64,000 nucleotides of DNA from Mobula hypostoma (Eukaryota). Both the position numbers and the translations under genes were made by a program. Positions 51,310 to 63,449 of this stretch are shown piece by piece. Within the stretch, counting starts at the first letter, position 1. Each line of letters begins with the position of its first letter. The stretch is from NCBI RefSeq assembly GCF_963921235.1, contig NC_086097.1:68760001-68824000 (forward strand), given 5' to 3'. The notes beneath the pieces are model-generated. The model saw nothing but the letters and a program-made list of their open reading frames with translations, searched no databases and was not told the DNA's origin.

Positions 51310-52870
51310 TCACTTGTATACTGTAACTGCAACATAATGTCCCAACTCTGATACTCAATGATGAAGGGCAGCATACTTTTCACCTTTTTCACCACCCTGC
51401 CTACCTGTGATGCTGCATTCAACATACTGTGTACTCACACTCCTCAGTCACTCTGTTCCATCACAGTCCATTTGTTCTGCCGTTCAGAGCATAACCACTA
51501 TGCTGGTTTGACTTTCCAAAATGGATCACTTCACATTTAACTGTATTAAAGTCCATTTGCCACTCATCAGATCACTTCCCTAACTGATTAAGATCCCCTG
51601 TAACCTACTTCTCTATCAATGACATCTCCGAATTTCATGTCATTCACAAACTTACTGACCGAGCCTTGTGCATTCGCATCCAAATCATTTATATAAGTAA
51701 TGAATGGCAAGGGTTCCAATATCAAGCCCTGTGGCACAGCACTAGTCGCCAGCCTCCATTCTGAGTAACAGGCTTCAATAAGCACCCACCATACCCATAG
51801 TAGCCTAGCAGTTATCGTAAGGTAATTGGAGCACCAGCGAACCAGATTCACTTCTGCCTCTGTCTGTGGGGAGTTTTCTTTTTCTTCCTGTGACCTTGTG
51901 AGTTTCCTTCATGTGTTCCAGTTTCCTCCCGTAGTCCAGAGAGTACAGGTATTGGGTTAATTGGTCACTCAGGTGTAATTGGGCTGGCAGGGCCTGTTAT
52001 CGTTCTGCATCTTTAAATAATATAAACAATAAGTAAACCACCCTTGACTTCCTACCTCTCAGTCAACTTTGAATCCACCTAACTGCCTCTTTACTTCTCC
52101 CTGGATTCTATGGGACCTAACCTTCCAAACTAAAATACCATGTGGGGCTTTGTCGAAGGCCTTGCTGAAGACTAAATATACAACAGCTACTACCCTATCC
52201 GTATCTACATTTTAGTTGCCTTTTCAAAAAGTCTAAAAGATTCCTCAAACCTGACTATCTTCACAAAAAGCCACGCTAACCCCTCCTAATCAGACTCTGT
52301 CTATTCAAATGCTGGTTGATCTTGTTCCTCAGAATTTCCTCCAGTAACTTCCCCACCACTAATGCCAAGCCAAGTGCCCTGAATCTCCCTGGCTTGTTCT
52401 TGCTACTCGTCTTAAACAATGGAACAAAACTAGCTATCTTCAGGCTTCAGGAACTGCACCAATGGCTAATAATGAAACAAACGTCCTTGCAAGGGCTTCT
52501 GCAATTTTCTCTCTTGCCCCCCACAAAATCCAAGAAACATTCTGCCAGTCACTGGAGATTTATCCACTTTAATGCTCTGTAAGGCTGCAAATATCTCTTC
52601 TCTAATGATATGAATGTCTTCAAAAACATCTTTACTATTTTCCTCATCTTTTTAGAAGACATGATTCAGAAAACACCAAGGGGAAACATCCATTAAAAAT
52701 CCCACCCATCTCCTGCAGCTTGAGACACCTAATGATCCCCAAGGGAACCTACTCTCTTCCCAGCCGTGCTTTTACTTTTAATATAGCTGTAGGACCTCTT
52801 GGGATTTTCCATAACCTGCCAGGTTCATCTCACACTGTCTCTTTGCCCTTCTGATTTCCCTCTCAACCCC
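51310..52870 (-). mobile_element. Old CR1 RT region, decayed, with nested SINE
   Basis: YSEWR..TSAVPQG..LEPL.F..YINDLD..SKF; ASQVGRVVKK. Confidence 0.8.
51797..52030 (+). mobile_element. V-SINE-like insertion
   Basis: tRNA-like head then ctgtggggagtttt..cctgtgacc..gagtttcc..ccagtttcctcccgtagtcc..gggttaattggtcac; A-rich tail. Confidence 0.65.
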
Positions 52871-54734
52871 TTAATAGCCATTAGGGGCTCTCCACAAACT
52901 CCGAAATGCAATATATGCAACATGTGGTGGGTCAACTGGTCCTTCTCTTTCTGTATTGTATGAGTCTATGACTCTAATCCATGAACTGGCAATATATATA
53001 GGACCAATCATATAAATTGGAAAGAGTAGGTTATCTCAAGTCTTTATACGCATTCATAAAAGTTTTCTGGAACAGGGCACTCCAGAAACTGCAAGACTAC
53101 TGATTAATTTTTCTTTGGTAATGAATGATGAGTAACAAGACAACTTGAGTTAATACTTCAGCAACTGGGGAACATTTACCGAACAACCATTGCAATATTA
53201 TTCAACCATCGGGGTGAATCAGCTAACTTTGCCTCCTCAGCATTACTTGGATCTCCACAAATGAAAGACAGAAGTCACAGAGAAACTGGAGGTCAGATGT
53301 CATTGTTTTCGATTGTCTAATCTGCTCTTGGACGCACCAGAGATTCTAGTGGTGGAGTTGAGACTCGGTGAAAAGAGGGTTCAGCTGCTTTTAGCATCTC
53401 TACCTTAGTGTTACACCTTGGTTCGGAGAAACTTTGTCTCGTTTCTATATACATTATATGGTTATTTATGTTATATACATGCATATAGTTAAATGACAAT
53501 AAACTTGACTTGACTACATCTGGGAGTGATGACACAAAACATTACCTAGCTTATTTTAATGGGATCACTAATCCCAATGGAAAAGGTCGGTGCTGTTAGG
53601 ACTTCAAATTAATTTTACTTTACTGTTTAAAATTAAGCGTTAGCATTTTAATACTTTTAATACCATTTTGTTTTAATTATCATTATTTTAATTATTTAAA
53701 TCTTCTTGCATACATTTTTAATTTGACTGGGAATCAGGTTTCAAAATAGTAGACATGTTTTTGAAAGGTTGCATATGGCTTCAGAACGATCCATATCAAT
53801 GTCAAGTTTGACAAAAAGAAACTTATCAAAGTGACCAAGAGTACTGGTTTTGGTAATACTAACTTTTTGCAAGGCAAGAAAGATCAAATTTCTTGGCGCA
53901 GCCAATGGTTAAAATGACATTATATGTGATAGATATTCAGAAATAAAAACTTTATGCTGGATTTCTCTATACCCTGAAGGCAAGACTTCTTACCAAATAA
54001 ATCAGCCACAAGTGGAAATAGAGGTGTCTGATAACATAAAAAAGTGCATGTAAAAGAGCACAGAAATGTGCTGATCCGAAGTAGCAAGATTGTTGAGGAA
54101 CCAGTAAGCAGAGACAACAAGCGAGCTACAAAAAGAAAACTGAAAAGAAATTTCTGATGTACGTCAATATTAATTCAAAATTTTTTACAATTATGTTAAA
54201 AGGGAAAGATAGCTGAGGGTAATACAAGCCCTTTGAAAACAGATACAAATAGTTTGGCAAATCAAAATGTGGAAATAGCCGACATTGAACGTTATACTTA
54301 AGAATATAACTGCATTAGAAATAAGCCCTTGAATAGGCCAACCTTGCCCTTCAGGCCTGCACTGCCATTCAACAAGATCATAGCTATTCTTACATTTCAA
54401 CTTCATTTTCCTGCCTTTTCACATATTGCTTGTGAAAAAAAATCTATTAATATGAGTCTTCAATTTACTTTATGACTGGGGTTGAGAATTCTATAGATTC
54501 ACGATCTTCAGAATGACGAATTTTCTGCTCAACTCAAAGTAAATGTCTAACCAGCCTCATGGGACAGTCCTTTCATCCCAGGAATAAATGTAGTGAGTCT
54601 TTTACTGCAGCCCTTTTTTTAAACAAGGTGGATAAAACTGTATTATGTACTCCTGCTGTAACCTCATCAAAGCCTCATATAACTATGGCACTTTTTGACT
54701 GGTAATATCCAACCATTTAAAAATAATGAATAAT

Positions 54735-55275
54735 ATCGAGGGCGATACTGGATCTCCAATTAGGAAATGAGACTGGACAGGTGACAGAAGTGTGTGCAGG
54801 GGAACACTTTGGATCTAGTGATCACAATTCCATTTGTTTCAAGATAATTATGGTGAAAGATAGAACTGGTCTTCAGGTTAAGGTTCTAAATTGAAGAAAG
54901 GACGACTTTGATACCATCAGAAAGGTGTAGATTGGGTTGTTTTCATGCAAAGGGTTGCTTGGTAAGTGGAAGGCCTTCTAAATGGAAATATTGAGAATGC
55001 AGAGTTTGCATGTTCCTGTAACAATAAAAGACAAGGCTGACGGTTTTAGGGAACCTTAGTTTTCAAGGGACATTGAACCCCTGGTTAAGAAGAAGAAGGA
55101 GGTCTAAATTAGGTATAAGCAGTAAGGCACTTGAGGAGTATAAAAATGCAAGGGAACACTTAAGAGGAAAATCAGGAGGGCTAAAAGAAGACATGAGATT
55201 GCTCTTGCAGCCAAGATGAAAGAGAATCCCAAGGGCTTCTACAAATATATTAGGAGCAAAAGGATTACAAAGGAC
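54735..55275 (+). mobile_element. CR1 ORF2 internal fragment (endonuclease end / tether)
   Basis: ggaaatgagactggacaggtgacagaagtgtgtg..tctagtgatcacaat (SDH); colinear with the reverse complement of 32.1-32.65 kb. Confidence 0.85.
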
Positions 55276-55389
55276 CTGAATATTAATTTTCAGTGAATTA
55301 TGTACAAGAACACAAAAATCCTTCTGAATATCAATCCAATTCGCCTTTCACTATTAAATAACTATTCTGCTTTTCTATCCTAACTCCAC

Positions 55390-55880
55390 TGTGGATATTT
55401 TCACACCCGATGCACATTGTATTCCACGTTCCATGTCTTGACAAATCATGAAAGATTAGATCATGGTATAGATCATTCATCCCACTGAGTGCATTCTGAC
55501 TCCCTGCACGAGAAGTCCAGTTCCCCATCTCTTTCCACACACAGCACTTTTCTTCTTTCAAGTGCCTATCCAGTTTCCTTTCCCACTACCATTCTAATCA
55601 CTCATTACATAAAATGATTAGCTCATGTCACCTCTGGCTCTTTTGCCAAATCACCATTATTCTGTGTCCTCTGGTTCTTGAGCTGTCCACCAGCCAGAAC
55701 AGTTCTGCTCCATCTACTTGAGCTTTCTTAATTCTAGATACTTCCATCCAATTTCCTTGCACTCTTCTTTGTTTCAAAGAAGACAAAGTCTTCTATCCCC
55801 AGAATCATTTAATAAATCTTCTACATATCTTTCCTAAAATGTGACAACTAGAACTGGACACAACACTCCAGTTACGGCCA
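55390..55880 (-). mobile_element. Old CR1 3' end remnant (a similar one lies at ~54290-54700)
   Basis: caagtgcctatccagtttcc..tgtgtcctctggttcttg..gaactggacacaacactccag. Confidence 0.55.
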
Positions 55881-56811
55881 AACCAGTGCTGATCCTAACC
55901 TGGCACACAATTTAAAATGCTGCGACTGCTGGTGCAGGAGTACCATGACAGGCAAAGGCCCCATGGAAGACAGGCGCCAAGTGAATGGGAAAATTTGTAC
56001 AGCGACATTGATATTCTGATGGCGTTTTTGTGTTGTCAGACAATGTGTCATTATCAGAGAGGTGGAAACACATGGGACTTTTAGTGAATATGCGGGTGTG
56101 ATCAAGGTTACATACTGTTCATGATTTATTTGATCAAATAAACCCCAGGCAGGAAGAAAATGCCTACACTGTAATGTCTAGATAACTTCCTGCCATATCG
56201 TCTTTCTTTTCTGGTAATCCTGCTCATCAGATAGATGCTGGCATGAATTAAAGCCTCCCAAAGACAGACATGTGCAGTGTGTATCAGACCTCCACAGATC
56301 TTGGTACCTGCTCAGCTGAGACTGCAGAGCTCCTTTAGGGTGATATAGGTTATGGACGCATAATAAAAGGGCTCAAAGGGATGCTCTAACATATGCATTA
56401 TATGCTGCAGTCTTCTTCCCAATGAATGTATAGATTCCCACAATTGTTTTTCTTATCAATAGATCTGTCATAAGCTTGTTGGTGAAAGCTGTCCGTACTA
56501 CAAAATTATAGATCTTCTTACAATCTAGCTTTACAGAACGAAGTAGGTCAATAGTGCACAAATGAAAATTTGGCCCAGACTTTTCAGCTAAAAGCCAATT
56601 GTCCCACACATCTCCTAGTCTTCCATGCAACTGGTTGCTACTAACAGGACATTGGATTCTTTATAGTTTTCTTTGAGGGATTGCAAAATTCCACTTACCT
56701 TCTAGTGATTCACTTGGAAATTTTGCCCACTGGACCTCCACAATGTGTAAAAGGTCCAATCATTTTAATGGAAAAAAATCATTTTTTGAGTACATTTATT
56801 TCCTTTATATA

Positions 56812-57940
56812 AAAGAGATGATTCTGGCTTCCCATTCCAGAACATCAAGATGTCCTCCTCCTTCAAAGAATGGGGTTTCACCTCATCTACCATTGATACT
56901 ACCTTCACCTATATCTCCTCCATTTCTCAAAGTTCCAACCTCTTCCATAACGTGGATAGAATTCCCCTTGTCCTTATCTACCACCTCACAAGCCTCCGCA
57001 TCCAGCATATCGTTCTCTTTAACTTCAGCTACCTTCAATAGGATTCTACCACTGATCAATGGGATTCTCCCTCCCCTCCCCCTTCATTTTCCACAGGGAT
57101 TGCTAACTATGTGACTCCCCTGTCCTTTTATTCCTCCCCACTGATCTTCCTCTTGGCACATATACCTGCAAGCAGGACTGTGCTACACCTGCACCTACAC
57201 CTCCCCCCTCACCAACAAACAGTTCCTCCCAGTAAGGTGACACTTTACTTGTAAAGCTGTCAGGTCCTTTACTGTATCTGGTACACCTGATATGGCATCC
57301 TCAACATCTTTGAGATTGAGCACCTTCGCTCCTTCTACCACAACAGGCAGGATTTCCTGGTGGTCACCAATTTTAATTCTACTTCCCATTCCATTCCAAC
57401 ATGTTTGTCCATGGCCTCCTCTACTGTCACAATGAGGCTATTCTTAAGCTGGAGGAGTTTGGGTAGCCACCAACCCGTTGGCAAGAACATCAATTTCTCT
57501 AACATCTGGTAATTTCTCCCTTCTCCCACTTCTCTATTTTCCATTCCCCATTCTAGCTCCCTTCTTACCCCTTTTCTTCTCATCTGTCCATCACCTCCCT
57601 CTGGTTCCGGTCCTTCCCTTTCTTCATTGGTTCACTGTCCTGTCCTATCAGATGCCTTCTTCTTCAGCCTTTTACCTTTTCCACCTATCACCACCAAGCT
57701 TCTTACTTCATCACCCTCCCCCACCCACCCACCTTCCCCATCACCTGGTAACACCTATCATCTACCAGCTTGTATTCCATCCCTTCCCCCACCTTTTTAT
57801 TCTGGCTTCTTTCCCTTCCTTTCCAGTTGTGATGAAGAATCTCGGCCCAAAACATCGACATTCCTCTCCATAGATGCTGCCTGACCTGCTCAGCATTTTG
57901 CTCTGGATTTCCAGCGTCCACAGAATCCCTTGTGTTTGTT
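56812..57940 (+). mobile_element. Penelope-like element 3' part, decayed
   Basis: MSSSFKEWGF.SSTID..DRIPLVL.YH.TSLRIQHI; terminus gatgctgcctgacctgct..ggatttccagc. Confidence 0.88.
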
Positions 57941-58938
57941 CAATAATTTTCAGTTACATCTTAGGGTCCTTTATGTTTTTCAATTCTTTCTTGAGAGTAA
58001 TTAAACTTGCAGCTGGGACATTAGTACAGTTCTGGGACAGAGCCTGTCAGCTTTAATCAAAAAGATTGGGCCTTGCCAATCAACTAGAAGTGGCTTTCCC
58101 AATGTAATATTGTGATTGGGGAATTTGGATTAAAATCTATTAGTTTAGCAATGAATAACTTTTGGTGTAAGTTTTTAAGGAATCCAAGTATGTGCCAGAA
58201 CAAAGCTTTTCACAAGTAGCTAGCAGATGCAGTCCGTTTAGAAGACCAGTGAAATGACTTTTCTCTGAAACCTGCAGGATTGTAGTATTATCTGGAGTAT
58301 TCAATCAGGCTTGACAGACTGACATTAGATCATTAAATTACTTGTGTCAATAAACTTACTGATCTGAGCAGAAGGGAATAATACATTTTGAATGTGCACC
58401 TATCCTCTTATTGACAGGATTATTTCAAATTAATCTGCAAATCATTACTGATAAAGAGTTGAACTTTTGAAAAAAGATTTTTATCATGCAACATTAGTAA
58501 AGTTTAAAGTGAGGATCATAATGTAGCTTATTTAACTTCTTTTCTAGTGGATTCTGCAAAAATAGTAAATACAAATAACCTTCATTATTTCACCCATTAA
58601 CAAAGTAATAAGAATCATTCTTAATTATAGAAAACAAATAAGACTTAAATTAAAATTATCATAGTTTCCAAACTCTATAGTGCTACCATGACTGCATATT
58701 TATACGACAAGCAAATTAATATGCATTTTTAGAACTATGATTCGTCCTTTTCACCTGCCGTGTAACAAAAATTACATATTGCAGCAACATTTTCAAGATA
58801 TTGGAAAAGGCAAAACTAGGCTATTTCCATATTAAAAAGTAATATGGTCACTTACTAAAGAGAAAATGAAGCTGGGAAATTTTTAATTTATAACAGTATT
58901 AAACTGAAAATGTATTGTAATCATTAAAAAGCACATAC

Positions 58939-59085
58939 CTCTAACAGATGCCATTTGTCTTTAATTCCATCCACTTTTTCAAAAAGATCACAGGGTAACG
59001 AGTTACCAGATTGTCTCAGTGATTCAACCTTCTTGAGTAAATGTATTTTCTTAGGAAGCCACATTGCCATTTCTGTGCTGTAACC
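58939..59085 (-). CDS. AKAP6: AKAP6 (A-kinase anchor protein 6 / mAKAP) internal coding exon, 147 nt, phase 0-0: GYSTEMAMWLPKKIHLLKKVESLRQSGNSLPCDLFEKVDGIKDKWHLLE
   Basis: Minus strand acceptor tttgctttacag|GGT and donor GAG|gtatgt; 49 open codons. Resembles recalled mammalian AKAP6 (..YSVEMSIRHLKKTELLSKVEALKK..LPNDLLEKVDSINEKWELLG). Splices in frame to the 43.8 kb exon. Confidence 0.92.
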
Positions 59086-59589
59086 CTGTAAAGCAAAATA
59101 ACTACAGCTTTGTATTTTCATTTAAATTGCAGAGTTTTAAATCACAGATAAAATGGAACTCAAATCATGAACATTAAATCACTCATACTTAAGCTAACTT
59201 TATTTCTTCATAAATGTGAATCAATACAACCTGCCTCAAAGTGTGAATCTTTTTTTGCTGGGAAATACAATGGGGAGAACAGGCAAAAGAAGTATTTATA
59301 TAATGCCCATAAACAGTAAATACCTTTTAAGCATTTCTCTGACATTTTAGAAAAAAGTTAAATTTGCTTAAATTTACAGTGTGTTGGAATGAATATTACA
59401 CAGGAGATGCATATGAAATGCATCAATTCCAAGAAAACCAATGCAGCAGAACAAGTTACTATACATAGCCTAACCAAAGCCTTTAACTCCATCAGCTGGG
59501 TGGGGCTGTGGATCAATCTCTTCAAATTTGACTGTTACAGAGCATGCAAGCCACTGTAGTAACCATCAGATCTGTAACAGAAACAATCT

Positions 59590-60500
59590 CAGTGAAAATT
59601 GGTGTCAAACAAGGTCATGTCATTTTCCCCACACTTTTCTCAATCTTTCTTGCCACAACATTGCACTTCACCTGCAACAAATTTCCTGTGAGAGCGACAC
59701 TAATGAGAAACTAATTAATCAACAGCAACTACTGTCCAGAATTAAGGTCACTTAAACTTCAGTGACTGACTGTAGTTTGTAGATGACACATGCTTTTAGG
59801 TATGGTTAGATGCCAAGCTCTAAGATAGACTCATTAACCAAAATATAAGAGAGTATGTATCTAACATATTACAGCCATGAGACTAAAGTCCTTTACCAGC
59901 CTGTTTCCGTCTACCATAATTTTTGAACTGTAAAGGTTCATTACACAGTAACCTAAGAGAATACAGACCAATTTCTAGATCTCAGGATGTACCTCTCAGC
60001 AAAGGCAGACAATGATGAATTTCACCACTACTTTCAATGAGCCAGCACAGACTTTGGGTTAGTTGTGCAAAATAGTATTTAAATATCAACACCTCAGATC
60101 TGCTACAAACCTCAGGGTCCACTGCCTGCCTTTCAATATGTTTTTGAGTCCTAGAATACCTCCAGCAAGCAATGGAAAAATTCAATGGAGGGCAATTGAC
60201 TGATAGCAATATCCTCCTCCAAGCAAACGTCTTCAGTATTGAGCCCCGAACCTCTCTCAGTCCTTTCTAGAGGCCACATTTTCCCATTGTCCCGCTCATG
60301 TCCCCAGAGTCCTGAAATAAGCCCTTTGTTACTAGGCAGATGAGGAAAATGATTCAAGAGTGTGCTCAAAGCTCTTTGAAGACGTACAACATCTCAACTG
60401 ACTCCAAGAATCTTTAGTTTATGACTAGTCATACAAAAGGAATCATTGGGAGTCTATAGAACCTTGCATAAGCAGGGGAAAGAACACACCAACTCACAAT
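59590..60500 (+). mobile_element. Ancient RTE-clade LINE RT relic
   Basis: ggtgtcaaacaaggtcatgtcattttccccacacttttctcaatcttt = GVKQGHVIFPTLFSIF (RTE-type GVKQGC.LAPTLF motif), followed by tttgtagatgac (FVDD). Confidence 0.65.
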
Positions 60501-60656
60501 CTACACATCCAGCCACCTGTCCTAGAGTGAGAGATTCTTACATCAGCTTTATCAGTTCACCCCAGAACCTACAAATCTGAGAGGAACCATGTTACCCTTG
60601 ATCCCCCAAGGGCCATCCCAAGGTGAGGAATACCTGTCAAAAAGATTACTTTATTG

Positions 60657-62180
60657 AAACATAAGAAAATCTGCAGATGCTGGAAATCCAAAGCAACACA
60701 CACAAGATGCTGGAGGAACTCAACAGGCCAGGCAGCATCTATAGAAAAGAGTAAACAGTCGATGCCTCAGTCTGAGACCCTTCATCAGGACTGTCAAGGA
60801 AGGCAGAAGAAGTCATATTAAGAAGGTGGGGGAGGGGAGGAAGAAGTATAAGGTAACAGGTGACAGGTGAAATGGGGTGAAGGGGAAGGGGTGAAGTAAA
60901 GAGCTGAGAAATTGATTGGTGGAAGAGATAACGGGGTAGAGAAGGGGCAAATCTGATAGGAGAGCATAGAAGTCCTATGGTAGAATGGGAAGGGGCAGGA
61001 ACACCAGAGGGAGGTGAAGGGCAGGTGAGAAGAGGTGTGAGAGGGAAATAAGAATGGTGCATGGTGAAGGATAGGAGGAGGCAATTTTCAGAAGTTCAGG
61101 AAATTGATGTTCATCCCATTAGGTTGGAGACTACCCAGATGGAATCTGAAGTGTTGCTCCTCTAACCTAAGTGTGGCCTCATTGTGTCAGTAGAGGAGGC
61201 ATAGACTGACAGGTTGGAATGGGAATGGGAAGCAGAATTGAGATGGGTGGCCACTGGAAGATCCTGCTTTTTGTGGCAAGAGCAAAGGTGCTTAATGAAG
61301 TGGTTTCCCAATGTACGTCGAGTCTCATTGATATGAAGGAAGCCACGCCAGGAGCACCAGATACGGTAGATGACCCCAACAGACTCACAGGTGAAGTGTT
61401 GCCTCACCTGGAAGAACTGTTTGGGGTCCTGAATGGTAGTGAGGGAGGAGGTGTAGGGGCAGGTGTGGCAATTGTTCTGCTTGCAAGGACGGAGGGAAGG
61501 GTGTTGTTTCTCCAACCTAAGTGTAACACCCTATATTCCATTTGGGTAGCCTCCAAACTAATGGCATGAACATTGATTTCTCAAACTTCCAGTAATGCCC
61601 CCCATCCCCATTCACCATTTCCCATCCCCTTTTCTCTTTCTCACCTTATTTCCTTGCTGCCCATCACCTCCCTCTGGTGCTACTCCCCCCTTTTCTTTCT
61701 TCCATGGCCTTCTGTCTCTTTCACCAATCAACTTCCCAGCTCTTTACTTCATGCCTCCCCCTCCAGGTTTCACCTATCACCTTCTGTTTCTCTCTCCCCT
61801 CCGCACCCTCCAGCATTTTGTGTGTGTTGCTCGGAACCCTATCTCTGGTGTGGTAGTGGGAGAATGGGGTGTGGGCAGATGTAAACCAAATGGAAGAGAT
61901 GCAGCTGAGGGCAGTGTTGATGGTGGAGGAAAGGAAGCCACTTTCTTTGAAGAAGGAGGCATCTCAGTTTTTCTTAAATGAAAAGCCTCATCCTGAGAGC
62001 AGATACGGCAGGGACGGAGGAATTCAGAAAAGGGAATGGCATTTTTACAAGGGAGAGGGCGGGAAGAGGTATAGCTGTGAAAGTCAGTGGGTTTCTAAAA
62101 GATATCGATAGATGTACTTTCTCCAGAGATGGAGACAGAGAGATTGAGAAAGGGGAGAGAGGTCTCAGAATGAATCTAGT
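60657..62180 (-). mobile_element. Rearranged Penelope-like element: minus 60657-61490, inverted plus segment ~61535-61830, minus 61830-62180
   Basis: PCKQNNCHTCPYTSSLTTIQDPKQ.FQVRQHFTCES.GVIY ORF (61162-61515); plus-strand ggcatgaacattgatttc..ccagcattttgtgtgtgttgc; RT-end homology at 61.9-62.2 kb. Confidence 0.87.
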
Positions 62181-62469
62181 ACTCGATTGAAACATCCTTG
62201 ACCTTGACAGCAATTGGTTGCACAGAACAAATAAAGAACAGTCATGTTACTGATTTTAGATCTTTTAGCATTATTTTTAAAACAATTCATTCATGTGACT
62301 GCCAGGGTTGAGATGACTGGCTGGTACGAACCAGCACATTACTTTTGCTTTAGTTGATCTGGTGATATTATAATTCACCTCTAATATAATTCTAAACAAA
62401 CTGTTCTCAGCTAATTATTCTATTTAATAATTAGTATTTTGATCAATGACTAAATACTCTCCAAAATCA

Positions 62470-62950
62470 AGACTATTGACTATGTATAGAAGAGATTTAC
62501 AAAGATGATTGTAGGATCAGAGATTTCATTTACACAGAGAAACTAATGAAACTGGAGGAATTTCATTAGAATAAATAAAGATGTGGGAATTTGATAGCCT
62601 TCAAGAGAAGTGAAAGGGGTTTCAATAAAATCAATGGGGAGAAACCATTTTCACCAGCTTGTGAGTTAGTGACTGGAGGGCACATCATTAAAGTAATCAC
62701 TGAAAGAAGACAAGGAGCTGTTAAGAGATTTCTGTCATCTAAAGACTGAAAACTGAATGCCCTAACAGAAACAATTGTTGAAGTAGATTCTGTAATTGCC
62801 TTTTACATGGAAATGACTTAATATCTGATGGAGAAAAAAACAAATGTTAGACAGATATTGAGAAAAACAGGTGAATGGAATCAAATGGATGACCTCTTCA
62901 GAGAACATGCAAAGGGGTGACAGCTTTTGTCCTGTGTTATAACATTCTAT
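62470..62950 (+). mobile_element. Very old CR1 3' end
   Basis: agaagagatttacaaagatgatt..gtgactggagggcaca..ttgaagtagattctgtaattgcctttt; highly diverged. Confidence 0.5.
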
Positions 62951-63449
62951 ATTTTACGAGTCTGAACAGGGAGCTTGCACTTTGTTTCACATTGAGCATC
63001 TTCAGTCACAATGAGAAATTGGATTTGAAACCTGCCAACTTTGTGCTGGGTATGAATCAAGTGGTGCACCCTGTTTATGCTGGAGCTTTATGTCATTCAA
63101 GTCATACTGGCATTTCCCGAGAAATGGTCGAATTAGCAGAGCCCGTTAATCTTGCTGTCTACCTTCTACATGAAGGCAAGAGTTCCCAATGAACTCACTT
63201 ACCAGCATTACCAGAGACACCACTTTCTGTGCACCCTGCATCCCAGCACAGAAAGCAGGAAACATCCAATAGTTTGGTTGCCTAATAAATCAGAAAGGTT
63301 TTAGGTGTAAAATTCTTCCCCTGTTCTAACAACAGAACAGGATCATAGAGTTCTGGGTTGTACATTGCAGCTTTCTGTTTAAAAGAAATTACATTCTTAT
63401 AAATTTTGACACAACATTATTGTATTAAGTGTTGTGTAATGAATCAGAA

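Noticed and set aside
55917..56084. Short plus-strand ORF MLRLLVQEYHDRQRPHGRQAPSEW...
   Set aside because: About 55 codons, no recognisable domain, antisense to the host; cannot be supported as coding.
63203..63281. Exon-like segment with acceptor tttattag and strong donor CTG|gtaagt on the minus strand
   Set aside because: 79 nt, and the translation does not resemble the expected upstream AKAP6 exon (recalled ..ELWDWLIDME..); probably cryptic or repeat-derived.
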